A DNA stretch of 64,000 bases from Callorhinchus milii (GCF_018977255.1 NW_024704743.1:10418001-10482000), one strand, 5' to 3'; shown: positions 47,545 to 60,034, counted from the stretch's first letter. Notes: generated by a model from the sequence alone, not told the origin. Program-made: numbers and translations.

Positions 47545-47900
47545 GTCAGACTGGTTCAGCTTGTAGGACTCCTGCCCTGATTCAGAGGTTGTAGTTTCAA
47601 GGCCCACTTCGGGTTTTGGAATCCATGTAGTCTATGCTGAGAATGCTCTGCATTGTATTAGTCATTAAACTAAGTCCCTCGTTTATCTTGGTGTCCTTGC
47701 TAACAATCTCCCAAATAAACTTAGTCACTCACTCCATGGGTGTTTGTGGGACATTGCTGAGTGAACATTAGCTGCTGCATTCACCCACAAAATACACAGT
47801 CACTGTACATTACAGTATATCCTATGAAGTATTTTGAGATGTCTTAACAATGTGATAAGGTACCATACCAAATGCAAGAATTATTATCATTATTATTATG
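47545..47900 (+). mobile_element. Old tRNA-Deu SINE
   Basis: ctggttcagcttgtaggactcctgccctgattcagaggttgtagtttcaag head; tail gataaggtaccataccaaatgcaagaattatt. Confidence 0.8.
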
Positions 47901-48732
47901 ATAATAAGGGTGTAAATCAGCTAACACAGCACCGACTGGGATAGAAGTAGGACCTTTTCTTCCTTAGACATCTCATGTCTAGGCCAGCTTTATTGCAAGC
48001 TGTATCATTTGCTTACGATTCATTGGTGGAGTTTGGCTAGGATTTTCAGTTTTAGTTTTTAAATTGTGATTACATGCAGAACAATACTTTATGATGCACC
48101 TGGAACACGGAACAAGAAGATGTGGGTTTCAAGTTGCAAAGGGCAATTCCTGATGTTTCTAATCTTGTGATGTTTCTGATACTATCTGAAATATCTGATT
48201 GTTCTTCTTGCCTTCACTAGCTCCTGATCACATATTGGCATTGGATGACCTCACAGATCAAGGCAATAGGAAATAGGCAATAGAAATCAAGGCAATAGGA
48301 AATAGAAAACCAGCAACCAACCAAAATCAGCTCATCGAGCCTGGTCTAGTTTATTAGATCTTGTCAGATCTTTGAATCCCAATGCCCTGCTCTTTGCCTT
48401 TATACCTTTATACCTCTACAACCCATGTATTACTGACTGACCTCACTAGTCAATAGTGTTACTGACTGGTCTCACCCACCAACAGTGGAACTGACCGTTA
48501 ACTCACAAGATCACAAGATATATTTGGATGAAGAAGCCCCATCTGAAAAGAGAAAAGTTTCCCTTTGTGGAATATTGCTATGTGCAAATTGGCTGCTGTG
48601 TTTACCTTTTGAGACATCCTCCCAGGATGAATATCAAATGTAAATATTATTCTTTTTATTATTTATTTACTTCATTTATTATTATTTATTTCAGCGCCTT
48701 GGGACGTCCTCCTGAAGTGAAAGGCGTTATAC

Positions 48733-49210
48733 AACAACAACTTGCATTTATATAGTGCCATTCACGCAGGTAGTGCCCGAGGTGCTTAACAATGGTGGAG
48801 TCTGACCTCGAGCCAGGGGGAGAGGGGAGGTGACTGTAAGCACGATCAAAAAGGAAGGTCTTTAGGTGGGATTTGAAAGTGGGGAGGGGGCAAGGGGGAG
48901 GGATTGAGGGAGAGAGTTCTAGAGTTTCGGGGCGAAGAGGCTGAAGGCACAGCTGCTGATGGTGGAGCAAAGGGCGAGGAACGAACAGGAGGCTGGAGAC
49001 AGCCGAGCGGAGGCAGCGGGTGGGGAGTAGGGGGTAAGCAAATCAGATAGGTAGGTAGAGGTGAGATACCATTAAGGTATTTGAAAACAAGAGAGAGGAT
49101 CTTGAAGTTGATCCATTCGGAAATTGGGAGTCAGTGTAGCCTGGCATGGACTGGTGTGATGAGAGTCCGGAGTTTTGTGTGGGTTAGTAGCTGGGCAGTG
49201 AAGTTTTGAA
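48733..49210 (-). mobile_element. L2 family B 3' fragment, tail-to-tail with a plus-strand family A tail (48690-48732)
   Basis: [14 protein letters not shown]; caacaacaacttgcatttatatagtgcc abuts cagcgccttgggacgtcctcctgaagtgaaaggcgttata. Confidence 0.9.
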
Positions 49211-50204
49211 TTAATTATACAAATGTAATTTGTTGTTGTTTCTGCAAAGTGTAGTATTTGTAATTTAATAGCCTACAGTTTTTCAATCAAATAAAAAAAA
49301 GTGAATACATGGTAAAAAATAGTAATTGGCATTGTGTGGAAGAAATAAGGAAAACATTTTAAAAGGTGAAAATACAGTGCACCGATCAAAGGGTTAATAG
49401 AGAGCTGTACAAAGTGGTTCTTCACTTAGTATTCACTTTATCCCAAATTGTATCAAATGCTCCAGAAAGCCACTCAGCTAGTTAAAGTACTGCAGTTAGT
49501 CAATGTCAAAAAGAAAAAGCCTTTACAAACTGTCCACAGCCAACTGTTAACATTTTAATTAAACCACTTTGCTTAGCTCAATGGGCCAAATGCTGGAGAC
49601 CTTTCCACTTGGAAAGTGTAACACAGCATGACTGTTCTTGCAAGATGTGTGCTAGTCATTTTCCTCTGCTCTGCTCGCCAGGGCCTCGCAGGGATCCCTT
49701 TTCTCTCGTTCAGAGAACCTCTCCTGACCCCCAGCCACAATGCTGTAATGTATTTGTAACGTTTCCTCTGGTATCATTAGGCATCAAATCTGACACTTTA
49801 GACATCAGCCTTATGGGAGGGTAGACCACACACAGCAATTGGTAATATTAGGGGTTGTTACAGCTCTCACTGTATTTTTAAAGTGCTTCTTTTATATAGC
49901 TTATCCAGCAGATGGTTGTTTTACAGCACTTGACTCTTCAGCAATGAAAGTCCCTTCCTTAAAGAGGTGGGTGCTGTGACTTTGATGGCAATATTTCTTC
50001 GTTTGCCGAGTGCCTGACACATGTGGAAACCCATCCACCGTGTTTAAGAGTATCCAAACCGGAATGAGAATTCCATAATGCCATTTACACATCAACATTT
50101 TTGTGTCTGGAATGGAATACATACTCTCTCCACAGAGAGATGCACCTTGCTTACCTAATTTTGCAGAATATTATTATCAATAATAATAATAATCCTTGCA
50201 TTTG

Positions 50205-50390
50205 ATATCAGGAACAGATCGGCAAGAATCAAGGTTCGGGGATCAGATTGTTTTGGGTAATGCTGGAGTTTAACCAACTAAAATTACATAGCTTGCTATT
50301 GAAAGCACTGTCTGGCAAGCTTCCCGCTGTATATTCAGCTAGGACCACCCTATTTGTTAGAGCTTTGGCTTGCAGGGTTAACAGGGATTG
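50205..50390 (+). repeat. Unclassified interspersed repeat, copy 3 (longest)
   Basis: Left part matches 27715-27815; right part matches 15885-16000 inverted. Confidence 0.7.
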
Positions 50391-50414
50391 TTAACAGACT
50401 TGACAGTAATAAGC

Positions 50415-50705
50415 AGGGTGAAACTTTGAGCAAGTTTCCTCACTCCACACACCTCTGTTTACCTAGCAGTAAGTGGGAACACGTTTATTAGTCAATTGGT
50501 GGATCACTTTTCTGGGGGTAATAATCCCTTAAAAAAAATTGATCCCGACTGTTTGTGTAACACTACTGTGTGCAATTGGCTGCTGCGTTTTTTCCACAAA
50601 ATATACAGTCAAATCACTTTACAGTATACAGTGCTGTGAAGCGCTTTGAGACATCTTGAAGACCTGATAAAGCGCTTTATCAAATGCAAAGATTATTATT
50701 ATTAT
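50415..50705 (+). mobile_element. Intermediate SINE (long form), 5'-truncated
   Basis: gagcaagtttcctcactccacacacctctgtttacctagcagtaagtggg..tcaaatgcaaag(att)n. Confidence 0.9.
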
Positions 50706-51335
50706 AAGCAATCTTGATCTAACTACTGAGAAAGCAATTTTGCAGCGCTCAGTGCTCTCTAATATTTTTTAAAGAGAAACTGAAGGAGAAAGAAACGGGA
50801 AGGAGGAGATTATATAAAATAACTTGCCCTCTCAAAACCTACAAAAACAACCCTGGAACTCAGAATGATTGACATTTGCTCAAAGCTGGGGACCGACCAG
50901 TGGAGGATTTAATATCACCCGAGGGTGACTCAACACAGTGTCCAGAAGCAGTGTGATTAGCTGTTTGAACAGCAATATCTCAGCTGGTTCGTACACATAT
51001 CAGAGCACTCGTGTATTATTGACCTGGAGTCACTGGTCTCATTTACAATCTGTAATGTTTCCGACTAATAGACCAGCATTTGATTTAGTTAAAAAAAATG
51101 AAATATTTACTCAGCTGAACTGCGGTGCAGTAATGTATATCCCTCAATGACTCACAGGAAATGAAGTGTGTTACCATATACATTGGTTGGCAGTAATTAT
51201 GCTGCATGAAAGGATGTTTGTTACCATGGTTACTTTTATACATAGAGAATTTGTATACTGCTGACTTTGTGAGCAGATTCTGCTCTAATAGCAATATTAC
51301 CGATCGATTTCAGGTCAGAGTTCCCACCCCTTCAT

Positions 51336-51509
51336 GGGGTAAATTTTGCACTGTTTCTTAAAACAGATTTCTTAAGTACGTGCATCATGTAAGGTCACTG
51401 TAACTCAAGCAGAAGTCCCTCTGAAAATAATTGGGAGCGCCATTCCCAAAAATCGGCATCGCAGACTTTAATTAAGAGATGCTTTAAGAAGCAACGCAAT
51501 ATCCAGCTT
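51336..51509. mobile_element. Old small MITE (PIF/Harbinger-like)
   Basis: ggggtaaattttgcactgtttcttaaaac versus the reverse complement of the right end aagctggatattgcgttgcttcttaaagc (ungapped, mostly transitions); flanked by cat/cat. Confidence 0.55.
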
Positions 51510-51661
51510 CATGTTTGTTAAGAAATGTAAAAAGACTCCACCATCAGGTGCCAAGCCTTAAAATTCTCCTACAAAAATATATAGTTAATTCATTTTACAG
51601 TATATTCTTTGAGAGGTCTCAATGACACCGCAATGCACGGCAATGTAAGCTAATCTTAAAT

Positions 51662-52412
51662 CCAATCTTAAAGGGGGTGAAGGAACAGAGAGACCTGGGG
51701 TTTCATATAAGTAAATCTTTGAAGGTGGCAGGACAGGTAGATAAAGCTGTTAAAAAAGCATACGGGACACTAGGCTTTATAAATAAGTACATAGAATACA
51801 AAAGTCAGGAAGTTATAGTGAACCTTTATAAAACAGCTGAGATATTGCTGTTCAAACAGCTAATCACACTGCGCCTGGACACTGTGCTGAGTCACCCTCG
51901 GCTTTAGCTAGCGTACTGTGCTCAGTTCTGGGCACCACACGTTAGGAAGGATGTCAACGAGGATTTACCAGGATGGTACCAGAAATGAGGCACTTCAGTT
52001 ATCAGGAGAGACTAGAGAAGCGAGGATTATTCTCCTTGGAGCAGAGAAGGTTAAGAGGAGACTTAATAGATGTTTTCAAAATTATGAGGGGATTTGAACA
52101 AGGAGAAACTATTTCCACTGACGGGTGTGTCAGTAACCCGAGGACACCAATTTAAAATAGTTGTTAAAAGAAGCAGAGGGGAATTTTTTTCACACAGCGA
52201 GTTGTTCGGATGTGGAATGCATTGTTTGAATTGGTGGTGGAAGCCGATTCGATAACAACTTTTAAGAAAGAAGTAGATAATTATTTGGGGAGGACAAGTT
52301 TGCAGGGCTATGGGGAGAGGGATTAAATTGGATAGCTCTTTACAAAAAGCCGGCACAGGCACGATGGGCTGAATGGCCTCTTTCTTTACTGTATAATTCT
52401 ATGATTCTATGA
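51662..52412 (+). mobile_element. CR1 3' 750 bp carrying a 68-bp captured insert
   Basis: EQRDLGFHISKSLKVAGQVDKAVKKAYGTLGFI; RLEKRGLFSLEQRRLRGDLIDVFKIM; (attctatg)n tail. Confidence 0.93.
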
Positions 52413-55024
52413 ATGATGTGATAAGGCACTATGTCAAGGATTATTATTATTCTATACTACTAATCTCTGGAACTCCTCCCACTACACATCTGTCTCGCCC
52501 CATCTTTCTGCCTTTAAATCCCAACTAAATACTCAGCTCAACTTGCCTGTGCTCACCTTTTGCCCTCCCATTCATCCCTTGCTTGGCGACTGGCCCCCGT
52601 CTTTGTTAAGCTCCGAGAGATTGTTTTTATATTTAAACTCCTGTTTCTCAGTGAAGGATTTTGGTTGCCATGAAACGACAGCAGCGCAACTTAAAGTCAA
52701 TATTACCCACTCTGAAGTTTGCTGTTTTCTTACGACGTCTGTCTGCCTTGGGACGTCCTCCCGACATGGAAGGTGCTATACAAATATGATTTGTTGTTGT
52801 TTGATTATTACTTTACAACATTTTGCAAAAGAAACTTGAATGCTCACACATTGTGTCACAAAGCTTTCAGTTTACAAGTTTCTTTTTTCATTCAGTGGAG
52901 AGGGTTTGACCAGCAAAAAGCAAATCCTGTGAGAATGCCTATCTCCAGCAGGGGCTGCAATTTCCCAGCTTGCTTGGAAGAACTGAACTTCACCTCCCTC
53001 CTATGCCTCATTGCCAGTGAGGATATCCTAGTCAAGGGGCTAAATTTAGGCCAACAATGTGATGTGCTAAAAATACACGCAGCAATGAGACAGCTGATTT
53101 CTATTACTAACTCAGAAATAGCTGGCTGTGTGAGTTCTGAGAGTTCTGTATTATATAGGACAAAACAGCTTTGTGTAACAAATTAACCTTACAATGTCCT
53201 GGAATTAAAAATATGTGCTCCTGCACTGTTCATATTTGCCTCCACTGAAAACATTGTTACTCTTTATTAAAGTCAAGCACTCTAGCCAGACTGAAGTCAT
53301 TTGGCTCAAATGATATAACATTTTAATAAGAAGAGCTTTCCTTTACTTTATTATGTCATGCGATTGCAAATAGCTTGGAATCATCGCAAATGCATTAGTC
53401 AGCCTTCTGGAGCGCACACCATTTTAGGGAGGAGATTAAGGTTTTGCAGTCAGTCTAACGTGTTCCAAATCAAAGAAGAAACAAAGAAAGAAATTCTAAA
53501 AGAGCAACAACGATTTACGTTTTCACATTGGGAGGATGCCTCAAAGCACTTCACTCGTCTGAAAGGTGACCGAAAATGCAGTCAAAAAGACAAATCTTAA
53601 GATGTTTTTAGTTATAATAATAATAATGCTTCATTTGATGTAGTACTGTTCATGTCAGGAGGATACCTCAAAGCACTTCAAGCAAGATTTTACTCTGAAT
53701 TTTGGTGACTGAGTATTTTGTAGGGAAATGTAACAGCCAAATTGTGCACTGCAGTGCCCTACAAACCGCCATGGAGTGAAAATTGTCAGTACAGTACTAT
53801 TGCAAATGCCATTCAATCAAAGTGGTGAGCAATATATAACCTTTTGTTCAGGAAGGTCTGTCTTTGAATAAATAAAGTGTGCACTGGGCAGGATGCTACG
53901 TAGCTCTGGCCTGTTAGTTGGCTGTGATCTTTACAATTCTGCTCTTATCATCGGCTTTAAACAGTGTGATCTTTATCTACTAGCTTCTGTTCGAAGCCTG
54001 CACTGTTTCAGCTTTTCCTCTTTGAGAGGCGAACTGATAAGATTGAAGGGAACATGCACCAAGGACCATTTATGAACATATAATAGTGAGAAACAGGAAA
54101 ACAATTATATAACGCCTTTCACATCGGGAGGACATCCCTTCATACAGTTTACTGGGCACCTGAGTTGGGGGTGGGTGTGGGTGAAGGGGAATGAGGGGGT
54201 AGCTGAGAGGAAGGTGGGGGATGACCAAAACCATGGTTGGAAAGATAGGTCAGGTTTGACAGGCTCAATACACTACTCCTGTTTGTTTGCTCCTAAAAAC
54301 AACATGCAGAATCTCCAAAGGCGTCCTGCAGATACTTCAAGCAGCTCACACATGGCCTAACAGGGAGACAGAACATCAAAGCGAACCACTGTAGGCATGT
54401 GATTCATTTTCCTAAACAATCTAATTTCAGCCAAACTTCCGATTGTGATGGTATAAATCGTAAGATGAGGCTAAATAGGCTGATTCAAGGTGTAAAAAAA
54501 CACAAATTTGAGAATTAATGTAAATGAATTTGGAACCAAATGTGAAATGAATTTGGAAAGAGCATCTCCATCAGCCTGCAACTGTGTGGAAGGCAAGTAT
54601 CATTTTTTTGTTAACAGCTGAAGCTATTCCTAAGATGCCAATATAAATGCTAACCTCCCAACTCTCTCCACTGGGACTATACAGTCCCTTTAAAAGTTTT
54701 GCACAAATGAGTAATATGAACACTGAAATTGTCCATAGATGTTTGAACATTGAACCAATATTTGAATAGGATATATCAGCCCTGGCCGATGAATTTTACA
54801 GCCAGCTCAATAGCCACTGGAGTCTGGGCTAATAAGTGGCAGATGTGTCTCACATCCCTTATATTTTACCTGGTGCGAGTTCTGACCATCAATTTTCTCA
54901 GGGGCAGGCAATGATCACCTTAAGTCAGTGGGAGCCACTCTTTCATTACTTATGTGGAGCAAAAGGGGTGAATTCCAATCAGCCTCATTAAAATGCACTT
55001 TCACCATCTCACTTTTGCACCTGA

Positions 55025-55331
55025 AGCTCAGTGGTTAGAGCACTCGCTTTGCAAGCGAGACACCTGGGTTCAATTCCAAGCAGGGCGAAACCTTGGGCAA
55101 GTTTCCTTACTCCACACAGAGCCTAATAATAATCCCTCCAAAACCAAAAACAATAATAAAATTGGTCATTTTCAATCTACGACTGTTTGTGGGACATTGC
55201 TGTGCTCAATTGGCTGCCGCGTTGGCCCACAAATATACAGTCAATTCACTTTACAGTGTGTTCTGTGAAGCGCTTTGGGACGTCCTCCCAACGTGAAAAG
55301 CGCTATGTCAAATGCAAGGATTATTATTATT
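55025..55331 (+). mobile_element. Young SINE lacking the first approximately 11 nt
   Basis: agctcagtggttagagcactcgctttgcaagcgag..tcaaatgcaaggattattatt. Confidence 0.95.
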
Positions 55332-55519
55332 TAAAGTGAGCAATCAGGGTCAGAAGCCGGATTTGTGTGCAGCGCAGCGAACTTCATTGTATCACATTAA
55401 TAATGTTATTGCACATGTCAGTGCAATAACTGTAGGCTGAGCGTATGCGATGCTTTGCCAGTCTTTATCTGGACCACCCGTGTTGCTGGGTTGGGCAAGG
55501 ACAGATGACTGCTTTTCCA

Positions 55520-55900
55520 AAGGAAGCGTTTTTTATTCAGGATGATTCCAGAGCAAATCTCTTCACTCCTTATCCTGTTGATTGGTGTTGTTGGCATCAG
55601 AATTTCTAACATAATTTCAGATTCAACAATGTGTGTGATAAACCTGCAGTGACTACCTGAAGCATCGCTTTAAGAGCTGCTGAAATCAATGAGATCCCTC
55701 TGCAGTTCTCAGTCTCACTAGGGTCACGCTTCTTGTGGATGGAAATGACAATTGCACTCTGGAACACTGACAGAGGGGTACGTGCCTCAGAGAGAGTCCC
55801 ATTGATCAGCGCTAAGAGGGCAGCTCCAAGATGAATTGGAAGTTCCTGGCTTAGATCTGTAAGATCCTCACTGTTCTCCACACACACCCCCCAAGAGGAT
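55520..55900 (-). mobile_element. Non-LTR RT N-terminal fragment of a clade other than CR1/L2
   Basis: LGAALLALING..P....SAIVISIHKKRDPSETENCRGISLISAALK (..KKGD....NYRGISL motif). Confidence 0.75.
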
Positions 55901-56299
55901 CAATAATGTGCAAATAAAGTAGTACAACAATCTGCAAATGAAAAATTAAACCTGCACTTTTTTTTGTTCTTTCAGAAATAGGAGTGGGCGAAGGCATTCC
56001 TGTCAAATTCATGGTCTCAATAAGGGCAGCCTGTAAGCTACTTTGTGGGCTGTCTTAGGGACAGTGACTGACAGGCCTGGCCTTCCCATCCCACTAATCA
56101 TACTATCTGATCTGGGGGAGGAAGCACCAGCTGGGCTGGAAGAGCACCATAAGCAACTTGGTGACCAAAATAAATAAATATAATTGTTTTTAAAATGATT
56201 TTTTCCCTTTGCTAAATGCCAATGAGGACATTGAAAGATTCAGTAACACCCATTTTGGGTACTGCACCTCAGCAGAGCATGACACTGAGCAGGGTGGAG

Positions 56300-56550
56300 T
56301 GGGGAGGTAACCATAGGCACAGTCGCAAAGGAAGGTCTTCAGGCAGGATGGTGCAAGGCAGAGGGGTTGAGGGAGAGTGTACTAGAGCTTCGGGGAGCAG
56401 TCCTGAAGGCACGGCTGCCGATGGTGGGGCGGATGGGCCGGGGATGTGCAGAAGCCCCCAGCTAGCCAAGCAAAGGGAGCGGGTAGAGGAGTGGGGTGTG
56501 AGGAGGCTGGAGAGGAGGGAGATGCTAGGTATGAAGTGATTTGTAGGTGA
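56300..56550 (-). mobile_element. L2 3' coding fragment
   Basis: Reverse complement of GLLHIP..IGSRAFR..LKTFL. Confidence 0.75.
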
Positions 56551-56559
56551 GGAGGTGAA

Positions 56560-56850
56560 TAAAATAAATCGACAGAGTGGAATAGGAGACTTTTTCTTAT
56601 AGTTGTGGAATACAGAACAAGAAGCTGTAATCTAAACAAATAGAGTTGGTCTTGCTAGCAGTTAAAATCAGAACACATCTCTTTTCTCAGAGAGTTGTCG
56701 GATTGTGAAATTCAGCATTATCACAAAGTTGGTGGGAATGTTTAAGAGGGAAATAGATAAATACTTGTATAAATATCCAGCTTGTAAGGGTATCAAGAGT
56801 CATAGAGAAAAGGCAAGTAGTTGGTGTTCAGATCAGCCATGACATGGAAA
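56560..56850 (+). mobile_element. Old CR1 3' fragment
   Basis: agaacaagaagctgtaatct..ttttctcagagagttgtcggattgtgaaat..gatcagccatga. Confidence 0.7.
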
Positions 56851-57199
56851 TTTGCAAGTGCAGGTGGCATTCAACAACAACAAATATAATAAATTACATT
56901 TGTACAGCGACTTTCACATTGGGATGAAGTCCCAAAGTGCTGGAATACACAAATATGTTTGTTCCCTCCCACCCTCTTTCCTCTCATTCGCTCCCTCTCT
57001 CCTCTTGCTCACTTCCCCATCTCCCCACGTTCAAGACAGAACTCAAGACATACATTTTCACTGTGCTTTTAATCATCTTTCGCCTCACAGCCCCCTTTGT
57101 CTCTCAACTGCAGCGCTTTGAAATGTCCTCAAGATGAGAAATCCACAACAAGACTCTAATTGTATACATATGTGGAACTCTCAGGCTGGTTTGGATACT

Positions 57200-57605
57200 C
57201 TTAAGCAAGGCAATGAAATTTTACACATGAAAGAATCCTCCACAGACTGTGGTCACTGGGTATCAAGGACAAGATACGGATGTCGATTCAAAATTAGCAG
57301 AAAGAAGATCTCTGTAAGGGGAGTCTCAGGGGTCTGTATACATTCATGGCCTGCATCACAGACACTGGGTTACATTTGTTGTAAGCGGATAGTTACATTT
57401 GCAGATGACATGAAGTTGGGGGTAACTGTGGAATCAGAAGTTGCAGCAAAGGTCCTACAAATAAAATTTTATAGAGTATGCTCATGGGCTGATAACAGAC
57501 AAATGAAATGTAATACTGATAAATGCAAGGAACTACATTTAAGATCCAAGAAAAGGAAAGTATAAGTACTCTATGAATGGGATTGAACTTGCTAAAGGGG
57601 AAGTT
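57200..57605 (+). mobile_element. Old CR1 RT fragment
   Basis: TFADDMKLG..SWADNRQMKCNTDKCKELHL. Confidence 0.8.
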
Positions 57606-57892
57606 GAGCACTCACCTCACAAGCAATAGACCTGGGTTGATTCCCGACAGGGAAAAACCTTGGGCAAATTTCCTTACTCCACACACCTAATAATAATCCC
57701 TCAAGAAAAAAACCAATAATAAATTGTTCACTTAATCCACAACTGTTTGTGGGGCACTGCTGTGCGCAATTGGCTGCCGTGTTTTTCCCACAAATAAACA
57801 GTCAATTCACTTCACAGTATATTCTGTGAAGAGTTTTGAGTCATCTAGAAGACGTGAAAAGCAGTATATCAAATGCAAGGATTATTATTATT
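57605..57892 (+). mobile_element. SINE (short form)
   Basis: gagcactcacctcacaagcaatagacctggg..tactccacacacctaataataatccc..tcaaatgcaagg(att)n. Confidence 0.9.
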
Positions 57893-58659
57893 TATGTAAA
57901 TTATATAATTATGACTCGTTGCCCACTATGTCAAAACAATATGAGGAAACAATAAACTAGGCAAACATGGATGCTGGGCTATTTTGAGTTTAGATTCCCA
58001 GACATCATTCTCGACTGTGCCTATGGTCACCTTCTACCCCCGTCCCCACCCACCTCCACAGCTCAGCACCCAGCTCCACCACTGTTAAGTGGCCAAGATG
58101 CTACTCTGGTGAAAGGTGCTATATAAATACATACACAAATGTTGTTGTTATATGTTTGTTTGAAAACTATGGGAAAAAATATAGAGAGATTATTTCTCCT
58201 TTAAAGAGGTGTCATCAATAACATTGCCTCATCAGCTCATTGGGAGCATCTTCAGACCAGAACAATCAGGAACAGCCTTTGCTGAGAACTCAGGAACAGC
58301 CTTTGCTTACTCATTGCCTAGTTGGTTGCAAGATTAGCAGCACTGTATCCAATTCATTGTGATTTTCTTTGCAGTTCACTGCATGCATTTGCCTTATTCA
58401 CAGTTTAATTCAAAGTCGCACTGTCCTGAGAATGATTTTCGCAAATGTCCTTTGTTAGGCAGCAGTAAACACTCTGTCCCTGTGGTGAAAAATTACAGTT
58501 CTTCTGATTCTCCTACTATTCCCATCAAAGAGGCCTTGCAAGCAGTTTATAATAATACTAGCTGTATCTGTTGCAGCTTCGCTTGCGAACAAAGAATGCA
58601 ATATGGAATGTAGATTGACACACAGACAGATATTTCATCTTTATCTAGATCAAAGAATG

Positions 58660-59035
58660 ATAGAATTATACAGCACAAAAAGAGGCCATTCAGCCCATTG
58701 TGTCTGTGCTGGCTCTTTGAAAAGAGCTATCTAATTTAATCCCACTCCCCCAGTCTCTCCCCATAGCTCTGCAAACTTGTCCTCCCCAAATAGTGATATA
58801 AAACTCACTTCACTTTTCAAATAGTGCCATGAGATTTTTAACAACACCTGAACAGGCAGACAGGACCTTGGTTTAAGATCACATCTGAAGGAAGGCACCT
58901 CCAGTAATCCGGCTGAACCCCCAGAACCTCACTAGTGTGTTAGTCGAGATTATTATCTCAAAGTCACGATATGGGGCTTGAACCCACAACTCTGACTGAT
59001 TGGCAACTGTGCTACCACCTGAATCAGGCTGATAC
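58660..59035 (-). mobile_element. CR1 3' tail (58660-58790) and old Deu SINE 5' half (58815-59035)
   Basis: acagcacaaaaagaggccattcagccc; aatagtgccatgagatt..ggggcttgaacccacaac. Confidence 0.8.
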
Positions 59036-59149
59036 TGCAATAGATAGGTGCTGCTTGCTAGTTAATGCCAGCAAGTAGTTAAACAAATTGATACGATAGT
59101 ATGATAGGACGTCTGACCATACGTCTTATGATCATACTATCTTATGATT

Positions 59150-59420
59150 TGTTGGCGAGTCTGTAGCCAGGGTTACAAGTATAACATAGTGACTAGAGGA
59201 TCTAAAGGAGAATTTAGGAGGAACTTCTTCACAGATGAGAATGATTTGCTGCATGAAGTAGTGATTGAAGCAAATAATATTGATACATTTAGAAGGAAGA
59301 AAGATATACACATGAGAGAGAAGGAAATATAAGTGCATGGGAGGGAGTATGCAGTGGGTCGAGCCAAGATTCATGTTGAGTATGAACACTGGCATGGACT
59401 GGTTGGCTTGGATCCATACT
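59150..59420 (+). mobile_element. CR1 3' fragment
   Basis: aggggatctaaaggagaatttaggaggaacttcttcacaga-like segment shared with 25225-25262. Confidence 0.75.
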
Positions 59421-60034
59421 CTACGATCTATTTCAATCTCTTGAGTGAGTGATTGTGCAGGGGAGGCAACAGAGGTGAAGAGTACAGACTTGGTGCATTA
59501 GTGCCCATGTGTCCATTTAACAGCCTGATGAATTTCTCAATGCAAAGGTCTTCAATACCAATAATTCATGTGTTCCTAGCCAGGGTTCAGGCATGGTTAG
59601 GTTGGGACCCTTTGGCACTCCAAAAGGCTATTAGATTCAGAAATTTCACATGCAAATCCCACATCCTCTAGGAATACTAAACTCAACATCAATGGAACGT
59701 GAGAGGAATTGGAACTTTAGATTACGTGCCAGTGTTGCAGAAAAAAACACACAATCATTAGGAAGGAATACATTGAAAATATTTCTGGGAAAGTAAAAAC
59801 AATACATTGATGCCGGAGATTTAGGATGGAATTATCAGATACCGCACTTGTGTTGAAAACCTGATGTGAAAGAAGCATAACATAGAAACACAGATACAGC
59901 AAATCTGCAGCATCCAAAACACAACTGAAAGAGATAAATACTTTTATCTTTCAGGAATGACCCTTCATTTTGGCTTTCCAAGTACCTTTTTTACATGCTT
60001 CAGGGTGAAAATTGCAAATAGATGTGTCTTCTGC

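Noticed and set aside
49755..49862. TGTAAC..GTTACA-bounded segment as a solo LTR
   Set aside because: Only about 108 bp, no TSD, no second copy
58266..58307. 18-bp direct repeat (similar ones at 48258, 45691, 10625, 9087, 54516) as a CRISPR-like or array element
   Set aside because: Two-copy local slippage duplications in eukaryotic DNA; no array structure
59717..59880. Good minus-strand splice acceptor (tgcttctttcacatcag) suggesting an exon
   Set aside because: All three frames stop or look random, and I found no donor; a non-coding exon cannot be excluded
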